64,000 bases of DNA. It comes from Candidatus Altiarchaeales archaeon (GTDB taxonomy: Archaea > Altiarchaeota > Altiarchaeia > IMC4 > QMZM01). Location of the stretch: positions 16,414 to 80,413 of the forward strand of contig CAVVMY010000016.1 in NCBI GenBank assembly GCA_963749405.1, read 5' to 3'. How positions within the stretch are numbered: position 1 is the first letter of the stretch; every line of letters starts with the position of its first letter. Shown here one piece after another: positions 1-10,714 of the stretch. The notes beneath the pieces were generated by a model. It searched no databases. It had not been told where the DNA came from and was given only the letters and a program-made list of their open reading frames with translations. Made by a program: the position numbers and the translations under genes.

Positions 1-1
1 G

Positions 2-493
2 TTGGCAGATGATAAGGAGCGCTCTGAGCATGTGATGCTTGTGGATTTGGGCAGAAATGACGTGGGCAGGGTAGCTGATTATGGATCGGTCAAGGTCACG
101 AAGTTTATGTCTGTTGAGAAGTATTCTCATGTCCAGCACATGGTTTCTGAGGTGACTGGCCGCTTGCGGACAGGCATGGGTGTATTCGATGCCTTTAAAA
201 GCATTTTTCCGGCTGGAACTGTCTCGGGCGCTCCGAAGGTGCGGGCAATGGAGATAATAGAGGAACTTGAGAAGACCCACAGAGGGGTTTATGCCGGGGC
301 TATTGGCTATTTTTCTTTTAATCAAAACATGGATATGGCAATTTCTATCCGTACGATAATATTTGAGAAAGATAAGGCTTATATACAGGCAGGTGCTGGG
401 ATAGTTGCTGACTCGGATCCTGTAACAGAATTCCAGGAAAGCTTAAATAAGGCTAATGGACTGCTTAAAGCCCTTGCTGAGGCGGACTCATGA
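2..493 (+). CDS. trpE: anthranilate synthase component I, C-terminal part (5' end outside window)
   Basis: ORF translation shows a conserved TrpE C-terminal chorismate-binding domain ([25 protein letters not shown]). It is the first gene of the trpGDCFBA cluster and runs off the window start. Confidence 0.85.
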   Translation: MADDKERSEHVMLVDLGRNDVGRVADYGSVKVTKFMSVEKYSHVQHMVSEVTGRLRTGMGVFDAFKSIFPAGTVSGAPKVRAMEIIEELEKTHRGVYAGAIGYFSFNQNMDMAISIRTIIFEKDKAYIQAGAGIVADSDPVTEFQESLNKANGLLKALAEADS

Positions 494-1084
494 AAAACAC
501 AAAAATTCTCGTCATCGACAACATAGATTCTTTTGTCTATAACCTCGTGCAGTACGTAGGTGTCCTAGGCGGAAACCCGGTTGTTCTGCAAAACAATGCA
601 GATTTCAAAGAAGTAGAAAAGATAATTGCAAAGGAAAAGATTACACACATCATCATATCTCCCGGGCCAAAATCCCCGAAGGACGCAGGCATATCCAATA
701 AAGTGATCAAGGAATACGGTCCAAAGATACCTACCCTGGGCGTCTGCCTCGGCCATCAATGCATAGGCTACGTATTCGGCGGAGAGATACGCAGGGCCAA
801 AAGAGCTCAGGCACGGCAAGACCTCGATGATAAAACATAACGGAACAGGAATATTCAGGAATATAAGCAATCCTTTTGAGGCAACAAGGTATCATTCCCT
901 GGTAATAGAGGAGAAAAATCTTCCAGAATGCCTCGAAATAACGGCAAGGAGCCTAGACGACAAAGAGATAATGGGCGTCAGACACAAAGAGTTTCCAATC
1001 TATGGAGTGCAATTCCATCCTGAATCCATCCTCACAAATGAGGGCATGACTCTGTTAAAAAATTTTATTCTAATTGGGAGGTAA
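490..1084 (+). CDS. trpG: anthranilate synthase component II (glutamine amidotransferase), interrupted by +1 frameshift near 799-802
   Basis: Two ORFs (490-840, 827-1084) together give a full class-I GATase: [22 protein letters not shown] in frame 1, then (K)[18 protein letters not shown]...GVQFHPES in frame 2. Deleting one A from the AAAA run at 799-802 restores a single ORF. Confidence 0.8.
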
Positions 1085-1092
1085 ATAAAAAA

Positions 1093-2106
1093 TTGAAAGA
1101 AATAATTTCCAGCGTAGTCGGCGGAAAAAATATGTCGGCGCAGGAGGCGGAAAAAGCATTAAAGATTATAATGAGCGGACAATCAACTGACATAGAGATA
1201 ACCGCGCTCCTCACAGGACTCAAAATCAAAGGAGAAACCCCGGAAGAGATAGCCGCATTCGCCAAAGTCATGAGGGAATATGCCTTAAAGATAGAGCCAA
1301 AAGTCTCAGGGACATTGGTTGACATGTGCGGAACAGGAGGCGACAAATCCAATACATTCAACATATCGACCACTGCGATGTTCATCGTGGCTGGCGCCGG
1401 AATACCTGTAGCAAAGCACGGAAACCGGGCCCTGACTTCCAAATGCGGATCAGCAGACGTCCTGGAAGCACTCGGCGTAGACCTCTCCATAGGCCCTGAG
1501 AAGATATGTAAATCCATCGAGGACGTAGGCATCGGCTTCATGTTTGCGCCCATGCATCATTCCGCGACAAAATATGTGATGCCAGTACGTAAAGCCCTTG
1601 GCTACAGAACCATTTTCAACATACTCGGGCCTCTCACAAATCCTGCGAATGCCAGAGCCCAGCTTATGGGTGTCTATGATCCGAGCCTTACTGAGAAACT
1701 TGCCGAGGTCTTCAGGATACTTGGCCTGGATAGGGCGATGGTAGTCCACGGAGCACCCGGCTTGGACGAACTGTCAAATGTTGGTAAGACAAAGGTTTCG
1801 GAATTAAAGGAAGACAAGGTAAATACTTACTACATAAGCCCTGAAGATTACGGCCTGGAGAAAGCGGATATGAAAGACCTCATGGGAGGAACACCCCAGG
1901 AAAACGCAGAGATATTGAAGAACATAATAAATGGTTCAGACACCGGACCAAGGAGGGACATCGCCCTCCTAAACGCCGCAGCAGGCATTGTGGTCGGTGG
2001 GAAAGCTCAAAACATAAGCGAAGGCCTCAATCTGGCAGAAGAAGTCCTGGAAGATGGCAGAGCATACGAAAAGCTGCGCGAATATATAAAATACTGCGGG
2101 AAATGA
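1093..2106 (+). CDS. trpD: anthranilate phosphoribosyltransferase
   Basis: 337 aa ORF with the GTGGD motif (CGTGGDKSNTFNISTTAMFIVAGAGIPVAKHGNRA), typical of TrpD. Confidence 0.9.
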   Translation: MKEIISSVVGGKNMSAQEAEKALKIIMSGQSTDIEITALLTGLKIKGETPEEIAAFAKVMREYALKIEPKVSGTLVDMCGTGGDKSNTFNISTTAMFIVAGAGIPVAKHGNRALTSKCGSADVLEALGVDLSIGPEKICKSIEDVGIGFMFAPMHHSATKYVMPVRKALGYRTIFNILGPLTNPANARAQLMGVYDPSLTEKLAEVFRILGLDRAMVVHGAPGLDELSNVGKTKVSELKEDKVNTYYISPEDYGLEKADMKDLMGGTPQENAEILKNIINGSDTGPRRDIALLNAAAGIVVGGKAQNISEGLNLAEEVLEDGRAYEKLREYIKYCGK

Positions 2107-2760
2107 ACCTCCCCGCCCTAAAGGGCGGGGTATCGTGTGTTAAAAATGTGTCAAAGTAGTTTGGTTGTGCTGGGTATACCAGCCGTGGTGTGTGTCGCTA
2201 ATGTATGCGGCGATTACGTCAGCGGTGACGTTGCCCACGGTGCGGAAAAACTTGCCGGGGCTCCAGAAATGTCCTTTACGGAAGTGCTTGCGCAGCCAAG
2301 GGTGCTGGCGGAAAAGGCGGAAGGCGCTTCCGCCCTTCAGCAACTGGAGCGCACGCGAGACGCTCATAGTGGGCGGCAGGCCCACAAACAGGTGCACATG
2401 GTCGGCCTGCACCTGCAACTCGAAAATCTCCATCCGGTTCTCCTGCGCGATTTCCCGCAGAAAACGCTCGCAATGGCCCCGGACCACTGCGAACTTGAAC
2501 GGATCCATTGCATATTTGGCTTTCCATACAAGATGGAATGCGTTTTGCCCTACTCCGTGGCTATGGGATGTCAGTCCTTTCATTTTTCACCGTCGGCGCA
2601 AAAATTTCGCATAGCTCACGCTAACACCAATACCAAAGGTGGGTGCGCCAACTACGCTGCGCACCCACCATTAAGAACGAGCGTAGAAAACAGGGAGGTA
2701 ACTAGCAAGGCAAGCGAACGATATCTAGTTCGCAATTCCTCTGCGGCCTAAAGGCCGCAG
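2107..2760 (-). mobile_element. IS200/IS605-family insertion sequence (TnpA only) inserted between trpD and trpC
   Basis: TnpA ORF flanked by subterminal perfect hairpins with identical TAAA loops (CCCCGCCC-TAAA-GGGCGGGG at 2109-2128; CTGCGGCC-TAAA-GGCCGCAG at 2742-2760). A further 11 bp stem (GGTGGGTGCGC...GCGCACCCACC) sits around 2639-2670. Local GC is clearly higher than the flanking trp genes. Confidence 0.7.
2140..2583 (-). CDS. tnpA: IS200/IS605 family transposase TnpA (HUH Y1-type)
   Basis: 147 aa with an HVHLFVGLPP HUH motif and typical length. The C-terminal region reads FWSPGKFFRTVG where a catalytic Tyr is expected, so activity is uncertain. Confidence 0.8.
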   Translation of the reverse strand: MKGLTSHSHGVGQNAFHLVWKAKYAMDPFKFAVVRGHCERFLREIAQENRMEIFELQVQADHVHLFVGLPPTMSVSRALQLLKGGSAFRLFRQHPWLRKHFRKGHFWSPGKFFRTVGNVTADVIAAYISDTHHGWYTQHNQTTLTHF

Positions 2761-2784
2761 TATCCTTGCGAAAAGTGTAATGAA

Positions 2785-3516
2785 ATGAAATTCGATTTTG
2801 AAAAAATAGAAACAGAGAAAAAAGAGGAGATAAAGGACCTAAAAAAGACGAGGTCCCTCATAGGAGCAATAGAAAAGGCCAAAAGGGAAGGAATGACGCC
2901 TATAATCGCAGAAGTAAAAAAGAAAAGCCCGAGCAGAGGAAAAATAAATGGGATAGAGCCTGACGATGCGTCCCTCCACATGGAAAGAGGCGGAGCCTGC
3001 GCAATATCGGTATTAACCGACAAATATTTCAACGGTAAGATATGCTATCTGCGCCAGGTCAAAAAAACAGTAAAAATACCGGTTCTGCGCAAGGATTTTA
3101 TCGTTGACATATTCCAGCTCTATGAAAGCCGGGGAAACGGCGCAGACGCAGTCCTGCTAATAGCTGCATTGCTAAAAGATAAGACAAAGGAATACGTAGA
3201 CAAAGCCCATGAACTGGGCATGGAAGCGCTCGTAGAAATCCACAACGCAGAAGACCTAGGCTACGCCGTTGCATCAGGCGCCAAACTAATAGGAATAAAC
3301 AACAGAGACCTCAGAACCCTTAAACTGGAGTTAAACGCAACAGAAACCCTCGCACCCAAAATCCCAAAAGACAGAATAATCGTCGCAGAAAGCGGGATAG
3401 AAACCATAGAAGACATCAAAAGACTGAAAAAAGCAGGCGCAGACGCCTTCCTCATAGGAACAAGCATTATGTCGTCGCCTGACATAGAGAAAAAACTAAA
3501 GGAGCTGACAAAATGA
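2785..3516 (+). CDS. trpC: indole-3-glycerol phosphate synthase
   Basis: 243 aa with IIAEVKKKSPSRG and a TIM-barrel pattern, sitting in the trp operon. Confidence 0.9.
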   Translation: MKFDFEKIETEKKEEIKDLKKTRSLIGAIEKAKREGMTPIIAEVKKKSPSRGKINGIEPDDASLHMERGGACAISVLTDKYFNGKICYLRQVKKTVKIPVLRKDFIVDIFQLYESRGNGADAVLLIAALLKDKTKEYVDKAHELGMEALVEIHNAEDLGYAVASGAKLIGINNRDLRTLKLELNATETLAPKIPKDRIIVAESGIETIEDIKRLKKAGADAFLIGTSIMSSPDIEKKLKELTK

Positions 3517-4154
3517 TCAAAGTAAAGATATGCGGATTAACGAACGCCGATGATGCGTTATTCGCAGCCTCTGCCGGGGCTGATGCAGTCGGCATAGTGA
3601 ATGTGCCGGAATCCAAAAGATACGTAAAACTATATGCCGCAAGAGAGATATTCAAAGCAATGCCGCCGTTCGTTTCCAGGGTGCTGGTCGCATCCCCCAC
3701 AAAAATAAGCGATGTAAAAGAGATCGAGCGAATCGGCGCAGAGTACATACAGCTGCACGGAGATGAGGACATAATGTTCGTTAAGGAGATTCGCGAAAGC
3801 ACGCGCCTCAGGCTCATAAAACAGATAGCTGTAACTGGAAAAGAAAGCATCACGGAAGCTGAGGCCTATGCAGGCATCGTCGACGCAATACTCCTGGACA
3901 CTAAAACAAAAGACGGCTTAGGAGGAACCGGGCAGTTGCATGACTGGAAAATCAGCAGGGAAATCGCGCAGCGAGTAAAGAAGCCAGTCATCCTCGCAGG
4001 CGGGCTGAATTGCGGAAACGTGCTGGACGCGATCGGACGGGTGGCGCCTTACGCTGTTGATGTTGCAAGCGGCGTAGAGATCTCGCCCGGGATAAAGGAT
4101 CGAAAAAAGATCGATGATTTCATAAAGAAGGTGAAGGCTTATGGGATTACCTGA
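3513..4154 (+). CDS. trpF: phosphoribosylanthranilate isomerase
   Basis: 213 aa starting [15 protein letters not shown]. Its start overlaps the trpC stop, which suggests translational coupling. Confidence 0.85.
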   Translation: MIKVKICGLTNADDALFAASAGADAVGIVNVPESKRYVKLYAAREIFKAMPPFVSRVLVASPTKISDVKEIERIGAEYIQLHGDEDIMFVKEIRESTRLRLIKQIAVTGKESITEAEAYAGIVDAILLDTKTKDGLGGTGQLHDWKISREIAQRVKKPVILAGGLNCGNVLDAIGRVAPYAVDVASGVEISPGIKDRKKIDDFIKKVKAYGIT

Positions 4155-5332
4155 TAACAGAGGAAAGTATGGCGTATACGGCGGACGCTTTTCTCCTGAG
4201 GTATTGATGCCTGCGCTCTTTGAACTGGAAACCGCATTCAAAAGATACGTAAAGGATGAAGAATTCCAAAAAGAGCTGGCATACTATCTGCGCGAATTTG
4301 CCGGAAGGCCTACGCCGCTTTATTATGCAAAGAACCTCTCGGAAAAACTTGGAGGCGCGAAGATATATCTCAAGAGGGAGGATCTTGTCCACGGCGGCGC
4401 GCATAAGCTTAACAGCACGCTTGGGCAGGCGCTCCTTGCAAAGAAGATGGGGAAGAAGAGGGTCATAGCCGAGACAGGCGCGGGCCAGCACGGAGTTGCT
4501 ACTGCTATTGCTGCGGCCACGTTGGGTCTTAAATGCGAGGTCTACATGGGCACAGAGGATACCGTCAGACAGAAGCTGAACGTCTTTCGCATGAACCTCA
4601 TGGATGCCCGAGTAATACCTGTTGATTCGGGTTCGAAAACGCTCAAAGACGCGACCAACGAAGCATTCAGGGACTGGATAGCAAACATCGACGACACATA
4701 CTACCTCATAGGAAGCGTTATGGGGCCTCACCCTTATCCCATGATAGTCAAGGAGTTCCAGAAGGTCATAGGCATAGAAACAAAGAAACAGAATCCTTGA
4801 AAAGGAAGGAAAACTCCCTGAGGTCATCATGGCCTGTGTAGGCGGAGGAAGCAACGCGATGGGGATATTCAATGCATTCAAGGAAGATACAGGAGTAGAG
4901 CTATGCGGAGTGGAAGCCGGAGGCAAGGGAATAGAAACAGGAGAACATGGAGCGGCACTATGCGCGGGAACGAACGGAGTACTGCACGGCATGTACTCAA
5001 AGATACTCCAAGATAGATACGGACAGATAAAGGTCTCATACTCGATATCCGCAGGACTCGACTACCCGGGCGTCGGACCGGAGCTCTCTTACCTGGCAGG
5101 CGAAGGACGGGTGAAGCCGGTTTCAATAACTGACGCGGAAGCACTCGACGCATTCAAAACGCTAAGCAAGACAGAAGGAATAATGCCGGCGCTGGAATCC
5201 GCGCACGCAGTGGCGCAAGCCATAAAGACGGCACCCAAGATGAAGAAAAACGAAACCATAATCGTGAACCTCTCAGGCAGGGGAGACAAAGACGTGTTCA
5301 CGGTTGCAGAAGCCCTGGGGGTAAAACTATGA
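4141..5332 (+). CDS. trpB: tryptophan synthase beta chain, interrupted by +1 frameshift near 4792-4794
   Basis: ORFs 4141-4800 and 4829-5332 together give a full TrpB ([35 protein letters not shown] ... [11 protein letters not shown]). The sequence aaacagaATCCTTGAAAAGGAAGG reads [23 protein letters not shown] once one A is removed. Confidence 0.85.
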
Positions 5333-6123
5333 AGCTAAAAGAGAAATTCGCAGAACTGAAAAAGAAAAAACAAGGCGCATTAATAGGATTCGTAACGGCC
5401 GGAGACCCGACGGCAGAGGACACACTTGAGATAGCGCAGGCCATGATAAAAGGAGGAATAGACATACTCGAACTAGGACTCCCATTCTCAGACCCGGTAG
5501 CAGACGGACCAGTAATACAGAAAGCAGGAGACCGTGCCCTACGCGCCGGAATGAACCCGGACAAATTCTTCGAAATAGCGGCAAAAATCAATGATATGCC
5601 AAAGGCGGTTCTCACATATTACAATATAGTCTTACAAAGAGGCCTGGACAAATTCTGCGCAGACTGCGCAAGCACCGGAATAGAAGGCCTCGTCATACCA
5701 GACCTGCCAATAGAAGAATCCAAGCCCCTGCAAAACACATGCAGAAAGCACAGGATATCACTGATCCTCCTCGCAGCCCCCACGACACCGGACGACAGGC
5801 TCGAAAAAATCCTAAAAGAAGCCGACGGATTCCTATACGTCGTCTCAGTAGCAGGAGTCACGGGCGCAAGAAAAGACCTCTCAGAGCAGGTAAAACCCCT
5901 GATCAAAAGAATCAAAAAGCAGTCGGGAAACCTGCCCCTGGCAGTGGGATTCGGCATATCCAAACCGGAACACGTAAAGGAAGTGATAGCCTCAGGAGCA
6001 GAAGGCGCAATCGTGGGAAGCGCTTTTGAGAAGATAATAGAGGAAAACCTCGGAAATAAAAAGGAGATGCTGCGAAGGCTTGAAGGCTTCGCAAGAGAAC
6101 TTAAATCTGCCACACCCTACTAA
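5329..6123 (+). CDS. trpA: tryptophan synthase alpha chain
   Basis: 264 aa with [12 protein letters not shown] and the conserved TrpA fold pattern. Its start overlaps the trpB stop. Confidence 0.9.
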   Translation: MKLKEKFAELKKKKQGALIGFVTAGDPTAEDTLEIAQAMIKGGIDILELGLPFSDPVADGPVIQKAGDRALRAGMNPDKFFEIAAKINDMPKAVLTYYNIVLQRGLDKFCADCASTGIEGLVIPDLPIEESKPLQNTCRKHRISLILLAAPTTPDDRLEKILKEADGFLYVVSVAGVTGARKDLSEQVKPLIKRIKKQSGNLPLAVGFGISKPEHVKEVIASGAEGAIVGSAFEKIIEENLGNKKEMLRRLEGFARELKSATPY

Positions 6124-6208
6124 ACGCACCATTCCTGACCAACAAAGACGTCTGAGAGTTCCTTAATTATTTGCACGTAATACGCAAATAATATAACAAC
6201 ACCCAAAG

Positions 6209-7462
6209 ATGCCAACCATTTCACAAAAAATTCTCGCGGCTAAATCAGGGAAAAAAGCCGTCGAGCCGGGAGAAATCGTCGAAGCAGAAGTGGATTACGT
6301 GATGGTAAACGACGTCACAGGTCTTCCGGCATTCGAGGTATTCGAGCAGTTCAAGGCCGAGCCCCTGCGGGAGAAGATAGTGCTTATCCCGGACCACTAT
6401 GTGCCAAACAAGGATGTAGCGTCTGCAAACCAGGCCAAGGCTATGAGAGATTTTGCAAAAAAATACAGGATAAAGAACTACTACGAAGTAGGCTGCGGAG
6501 GAGTATGCCACCAGCTCATGGTAGAAGAAGGATACGCCGCACCCGGCAGACTGATAGTAGGCGCAGATTCGCACACATGCACATACGGCGCACTGGGGGC
6601 CTTTGCGACAGGAATCGGATCAACAGAGGCTGCGGCGGTTTTCGCCACTGGAAAGCTGTGGTTCAAGGTCCCGGAAAGCCAGAAATACACTGTCAAAGGA
6701 AAACTCGGAAGATACGTCATGGGCAAAGACATCATACTGCACATAATAGGCGACGTCGGAGTAGACGGAGCACTCTACAAGTCCATGGAATTCTGCGGAG
6801 ACACGATAGAGAACCTGGAAATATCAGACCGCCTCACGATATCAAACATGGCAATAGAAGCAGGAGGAAAAACAGGGATCATCCCGGCAGACAAGAAAAC
6901 AGACGAATACCTTAAAGGGCGGGTCCGCGGAGCATACAAAGCAGTATACTCGGACAAAGACGCAGAATACGCCAACGAATACTTCTACGCTGCGGAAGAC
7001 ATACCACCTACTGTAGCCCAGCCAAGCCTGCCATCCAATACTAAGCCAGCAAGCGAATTATCGAACGTGGAAATAGACCAAGCCTACCTCGGCTCATGCA
7101 CAAACGGCCGAATAGAAGACCTGCGCATAGCAGCCCAACTGATGAAAGGCAAAAAAGTAAAAGAAGGAACAAGGATGATCGTCGTCCCGGCAACCAAGAG
7201 AGTATTCGAGCAGGCAATGCAGGAAGGACTGATAAAGATATTCATGGACGCCAAAGCCTACGTATCGGGACCGACGTGCGGAGCATGCCTCGGCGGATAC
7301 ATGGGGATACTCGCAAAGGATGAAACAGCAGTCTCATCGACGAACAGAAACTTCATAGGAAGAATGGGACATAAAGACAGCAAAGTGTACCTAGCATCCC
7401 CGGCAGTCGTCGCAGCCTCGGCATTGACCGGGAGGATAACGGATCCGAACGACTTAAAATAA
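6209..7462 (+). CDS. leuC: aconitase-family dehydratase large subunit (3-isopropylmalate dehydratase / homoaconitase LeuC/HacA-type)
   Basis: 417 aa with ADSHTCTYGALGAFATGIGSTE and LGSCTNGRIEDL, which are aconitase-family Fe-S cluster ligand regions. No adjacent small subunit is present. Confidence 0.75.
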   Translation: MPTISQKILAAKSGKKAVEPGEIVEAEVDYVMVNDVTGLPAFEVFEQFKAEPLREKIVLIPDHYVPNKDVASANQAKAMRDFAKKYRIKNYYEVGCGGVCHQLMVEEGYAAPGRLIVGADSHTCTYGALGAFATGIGSTEAAAVFATGKLWFKVPESQKYTVKGKLGRYVMGKDIILHIIGDVGVDGALYKSMEFCGDTIENLEISDRLTISNMAIEAGGKTGIIPADKKTDEYLKGRVRGAYKAVYSDKDAEYANEYFYAAEDIPPTVAQPSLPSNTKPASELSNVEIDQAYLGSCTNGRIEDLRIAAQLMKGKKVKEGTRMIVVPATKRVFEQAMQEGLIKIFMDAKAYVSGPTCGACLGGYMGILAKDETAVSSTNRNFIGRMGHKDSKVYLASPAVVAASALTGRITDPNDLK

Positions 7463-8896
7463 TGGAAAAAGCACTGATAGCATCGATAGCCCTGACGCTT
7501 TTATTATGCTGCTGCACTAACGTAACCAAAAGCACAAACACGTCCGCGACTATACAAATAGATACAAACCAGAACGCATCCTACAGCTCAAGAGACGACC
7601 CAATCGCCAGATGCGAGAAAAGCCTAGAAAAAGACCTATGCTTTTGGAACGCAGGAAAAAAGGCGAATGATACCTCTTTTTGCGACAGGATAACAACGCA
7701 GACAGACAAAGACAGACTGCTTTCTCGGACTAGCAGAAGGAGTAAACCAGCCGGAAATCTGCGAAAAAATATCCGACCCGCAAGTAAAGGATACCTGTTA
7801 TTCCAACTATGCCATCGATCTAAATGATTACTCAGTCTGCAAGAATATCTCAGACCTCACTAACAAGGAGACCTGTTATTACTACATCAGTTTACAACAG
7901 AAGGACATCAGTATCTGCGACCAGATAGAGAGGAAAGACACAAGAGACGCATGTTACATGAGCCAAGTGGAATACAGGAAAGATCCATCCATCTGCGCAG
8001 GCATCGCAAACACAAATACGACAGACCTATGCTACTACAATCTTGCAAAGGCGGTTACAAATGAGACATACTGTTCCAGGATCAATGACAGCTCCCTGAG
8101 GAACCTATGCAGATACGACGTCGCAGTATCCAAAAAGGACATGAAGGTCTGCATAGGCATAGAGTACACGGACCTGCGAGTCCACTGTGATGCAGTAACA
8201 GGACTAGAGCCAAGCGCCTGCGACGGCATAGAGAATCAGGATGAAAAAGATTACTGCTACAGCGACGTTGCGAACCTGACATACGACCCATACGTATGCG
8301 AAAAGATAAACGATAATGCGACAAGGGAATACTGCTTCAAAGACCTTGCAAAAACCCTGAAAGACGAGTCCATCTGCATGGCACTAAACGACTACAAGAG
8401 TAGCTGCTTCTACGACGTGGCCACAAACGAAAAAAATGCGGACATATGCAAAGAAATAACTGCGGAAGACTACAAAACAGAATGCTACAGAAAAGCCAGC
8501 ACAGAGAAAACAGACCCCAGCATCTGCGATGAACTGGAAGAACAGACAAACAAGGATGCCTGCTACCTGGACATGGCCAACAAAAAAAGAGACGCATCGA
8601 TCTGCGAGAAGATCCAAGACACAGACCAAAAAGCATACTGCATCGCACAAGCAAAAAACGACTCCACACTCTGCAAAAACATAAACGACCTAGATCTCCA
8701 GGACCAATGCGCAGGGATCATAGACAAAGACCCGGCCAAATGCGACAGAATAGGCTCGGCAACATACAAAGCGATCAACCTAAAAGACGACTGCTACACG
8801 CAGATAATAGAAGAGATAAACGATACGGCGATCTGCGGGACGAAAGAGTTTTCGGAATATAAGAACAGGTGCATTGCGATAATGGAGGGGTCGTAA
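7462..8896 (+). CDS. secreted/lipoprotein-like Cys-rich tandem-repeat protein (about 16 repeats of a roughly 30 aa C-x-DxCY motif), with +1 frameshift near 7703-7712
   Basis: N-terminal signal/lipobox-like sequence (LTLLLCCCTN). Repeated ...ICxxI..D..KDxCY...A... units continue from ORF 7462-7827 into ORF 7958-8896 through a frame change at gacaaagacAgactgc. Removing one A gives TDKDDCFLGLAEGVNQPEICEKI. Confidence 0.55.
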
Positions 8897-9031
8897 GTAG
8901 CAAACAAAAAAGTGAGCATAACATACCCCATGACATGTTTCATGCGAAGAAAGTTCGCATAAAATCTAGTTTTTCCAAATGAAATGAGCTTATATATCCG
9001 TTGCCATATATAATTTGTAACATGAAATAAC

Positions 9032-9232
9032 ATGGATATAAACGAAAGGAAATATAGTAACGATATTCTGGAACTAATAGAAAAGAAAGGGTCATTACAT
9101 AGAGACGACCTTTATAAAAGCTTGATTATAAAATACAATATCGCAAAGAAAAACCAAAAAAAATTCAAAAATAATGTATACTCAAACTATTTGAGTAAAC
9201 TGATTAGTAACAAACTTATTGCTAAAACATGA
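9032..9232 (+). CDS. small hypothetical protein in AT-rich islet
   Basis: 66 aa ORF in a roughly 30% GC segment directly upstream of a GIY-YIG ORF. No recognisable domain. Confidence 0.3.
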   Translation: MDINERKYSNDILELIEKKGSLHRDDLYKSLIIKYNIAKKNQKKFKNNVYSNYLSKLISNKLIAKT

Positions 9233-9247
9233 AAAAACATTTACAGT

Positions 9248-9640
9248 GTGTCGCTTGAATCAAAATCCTCAAGCTTCGTAAATCAATTTGCAGAAAGAAT
9301 TCCAATTGAAAAACTAAAGACGTTGATTATCCTATCAAAGAGATTTCGAAAGAAAACTGGCTTCTATTTTTTGTATGATGGAAATACCCTGTATTACGTC
9401 GGTATAGGCAACATTATCCAAAGATTGAAAAGCCATGCCTATGTAGATAAGCATAAAGGAAAATGGAATTATTTTAGTTTTTATATTACAGAAAATATAG
9501 ACCACGCAAAAGAAATTGAGGCGATTATTCAAAGAAGTACGCAATTAGAAGGAAATATAAAGACTGGAAAACTGAGGAACTCCAAAGACCTTACAGAGTC
9601 CATAAACACATTTGACTCGATTTTAGAAGACTTTAAATAA
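9248..9640 (+). CDS. GIY-YIG nuclease domain protein
   Basis: 130 aa with FYFLYDGNTLYYVGIGNIIQRLKSH matching the GIY...YIG...R core and a downstream conserved E (KEIEAII). AT-rich context. Confidence 0.5.
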   Translation: MSLESKSSSFVNQFAERIPIEKLKTLIILSKRFRKKTGFYFLYDGNTLYYVGIGNIIQRLKSHAYVDKHKGKWNYFSFYITENIDHAKEIEAIIQRSTQLEGNIKTGKLRNSKDLTESINTFDSILEDFK

Positions 9641-9677
9641 ATTAACCGATAATAATATGAAAGAAAAGTAGAAGCTT

Positions 9678-10370
9678 TTATCTTCTCGGTTTTCCTCTTC
9701 TTTTCATCCTCTTGAGTCTTTGTCTTTCGGCCATTTCCAGCAGGTATGGCTGGGGTTCTGCTTGGGATATGAATTCGTCTAGTGGTGCTGTGAATTCTTT
9801 TCCTTGGGCTTTTAGGACTTCTCTTGCGAGGATCCAGTATATGAGGGCTATGCTGTTTTTTCCTTTGTTGTTTGATGGTATGACTATGTCTATGTTTTTT
9901 AGTCTTGTGTTTGTGTCGCATATTGCGAGGATTGGTATGCCCATGATGGCTGCTTCTTTGATTGCTTGTTGGTCTGCGTTTGGGTCTGTTACTACTAGTA
10001 GTTTTGGTTCTGTGTATGTTTCGATGTTTGGGTTTGTCAGGGTTCCTGATACGAATCTGTCTGTGAATGCTTTTGCGCCTGTGTATTCTGCGTATTTTCT
10101 TATGGATTTTCTTCCGTAGACTCTGTTTGATACTAGGAGTATTTCTTTTGGGTCGTATCTTGATAGGAAGGCTGCTGCTACTTTTATTCTGTCGTTTATC
10201 TTTTTTACGTCGAAGACGCATAGTTTGTCTGGTCTTATTTTGTAGATGAATGGTCTCATGTCGCTTGTCCGGTATTTCAGGCCTACGTGTATCCCGTTTG
10301 ATAGGTAGTCGTCTAGTGGTACCAGTAGGTCTTCTTCTGCTTCGACCATCATGTCTTGTTCGTCAGCCAT
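9678..10370 (-). CDS. rps2: 30S ribosomal protein S2 (uS2)
   Basis: 230 aa with an archaeal uS2 pattern (LLVVTDPNADQQAIKEAAIMGIPILAICDTN). Confidence 0.9.
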   Translation of the reverse strand: MADEQDMMVEAEEDLLVPLDDYLSNGIHVGLKYRTSDMRPFIYKIRPDKLCVFDVKKINDRIKVAAAFLSRYDPKEILLVSNRVYGRKSIRKYAEYTGAKAFTDRFVSGTLTNPNIETYTEPKLLVVTDPNADQQAIKEAAIMGIPILAICDTNTRLKNIDIVIPSNNKGKNSIALIYWILAREVLKAQGKEFTAPLDEFISQAEPQPYLLEMAERQRLKRMKRRGKPRR

Positions 10371-10372
10371 TT

Positions 10373-10690
10373 TTACTCGGTTTCTTCAACTATTACTTCT
10401 TCTTCGAATTCTTCTTCAGGCGCTTCTTTGGTTTCCTTTGGTTCTTCCTCTATTTCGCCTTCGTCTATGGGTATGTCCGGGATTATCTTGGATTCTTTTC
10501 GGATTCTTTTCTCCTCTCTTACCCGGACTGTGATTGGCAGGATGCCTTGTTTTAGTTCTAGTCTTGCTATTTCCAGTGGTTTTTCCATTGTCTTTGGGAC
10601 TTTGACCAGTATGGGTGCGCCCATCTTTATCTGGAGGGCTCTTGCGCCTACCAGTCTTGCTACTTCGAATTTTGTGTAACTTTGAGTCAT
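10373..10690 (-). CDS. rpoK: DNA-directed RNA polymerase subunit K (Rpo6)
   Basis: 105 aa with FEVARLVGARALQI and an acidic C-terminal tail. Confidence 0.85.
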   Translation of the reverse strand: MTQSYTKFEVARLVGARALQIKMGAPILVKVPKTMEKPLEIARLELKQGILPITVRVREEKRIRKESKIIPDIPIDEGEIEEEPKETKEAPEEEFEEEVIVEETE

Positions 10691-10714
10691 TTTTTTGGGA
10701 GATATGATTTTTTA

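Noticed and set aside
2137-2751. Plus-strand ORFs (204 aa, 149 aa) across the IS element
   Set aside because: They overlap the conserved minus-strand TnpA and have no recognisable features. High GC inflates ORF length here.
9529-10221. 230 aa K/R/H-rich ORF antisense to the rps2 gene
   Set aside because: Overlaps the well-conserved uS2 CDS on the opposite strand. Its composition is typical of shadow ORFs in GC-neutral coding DNA.
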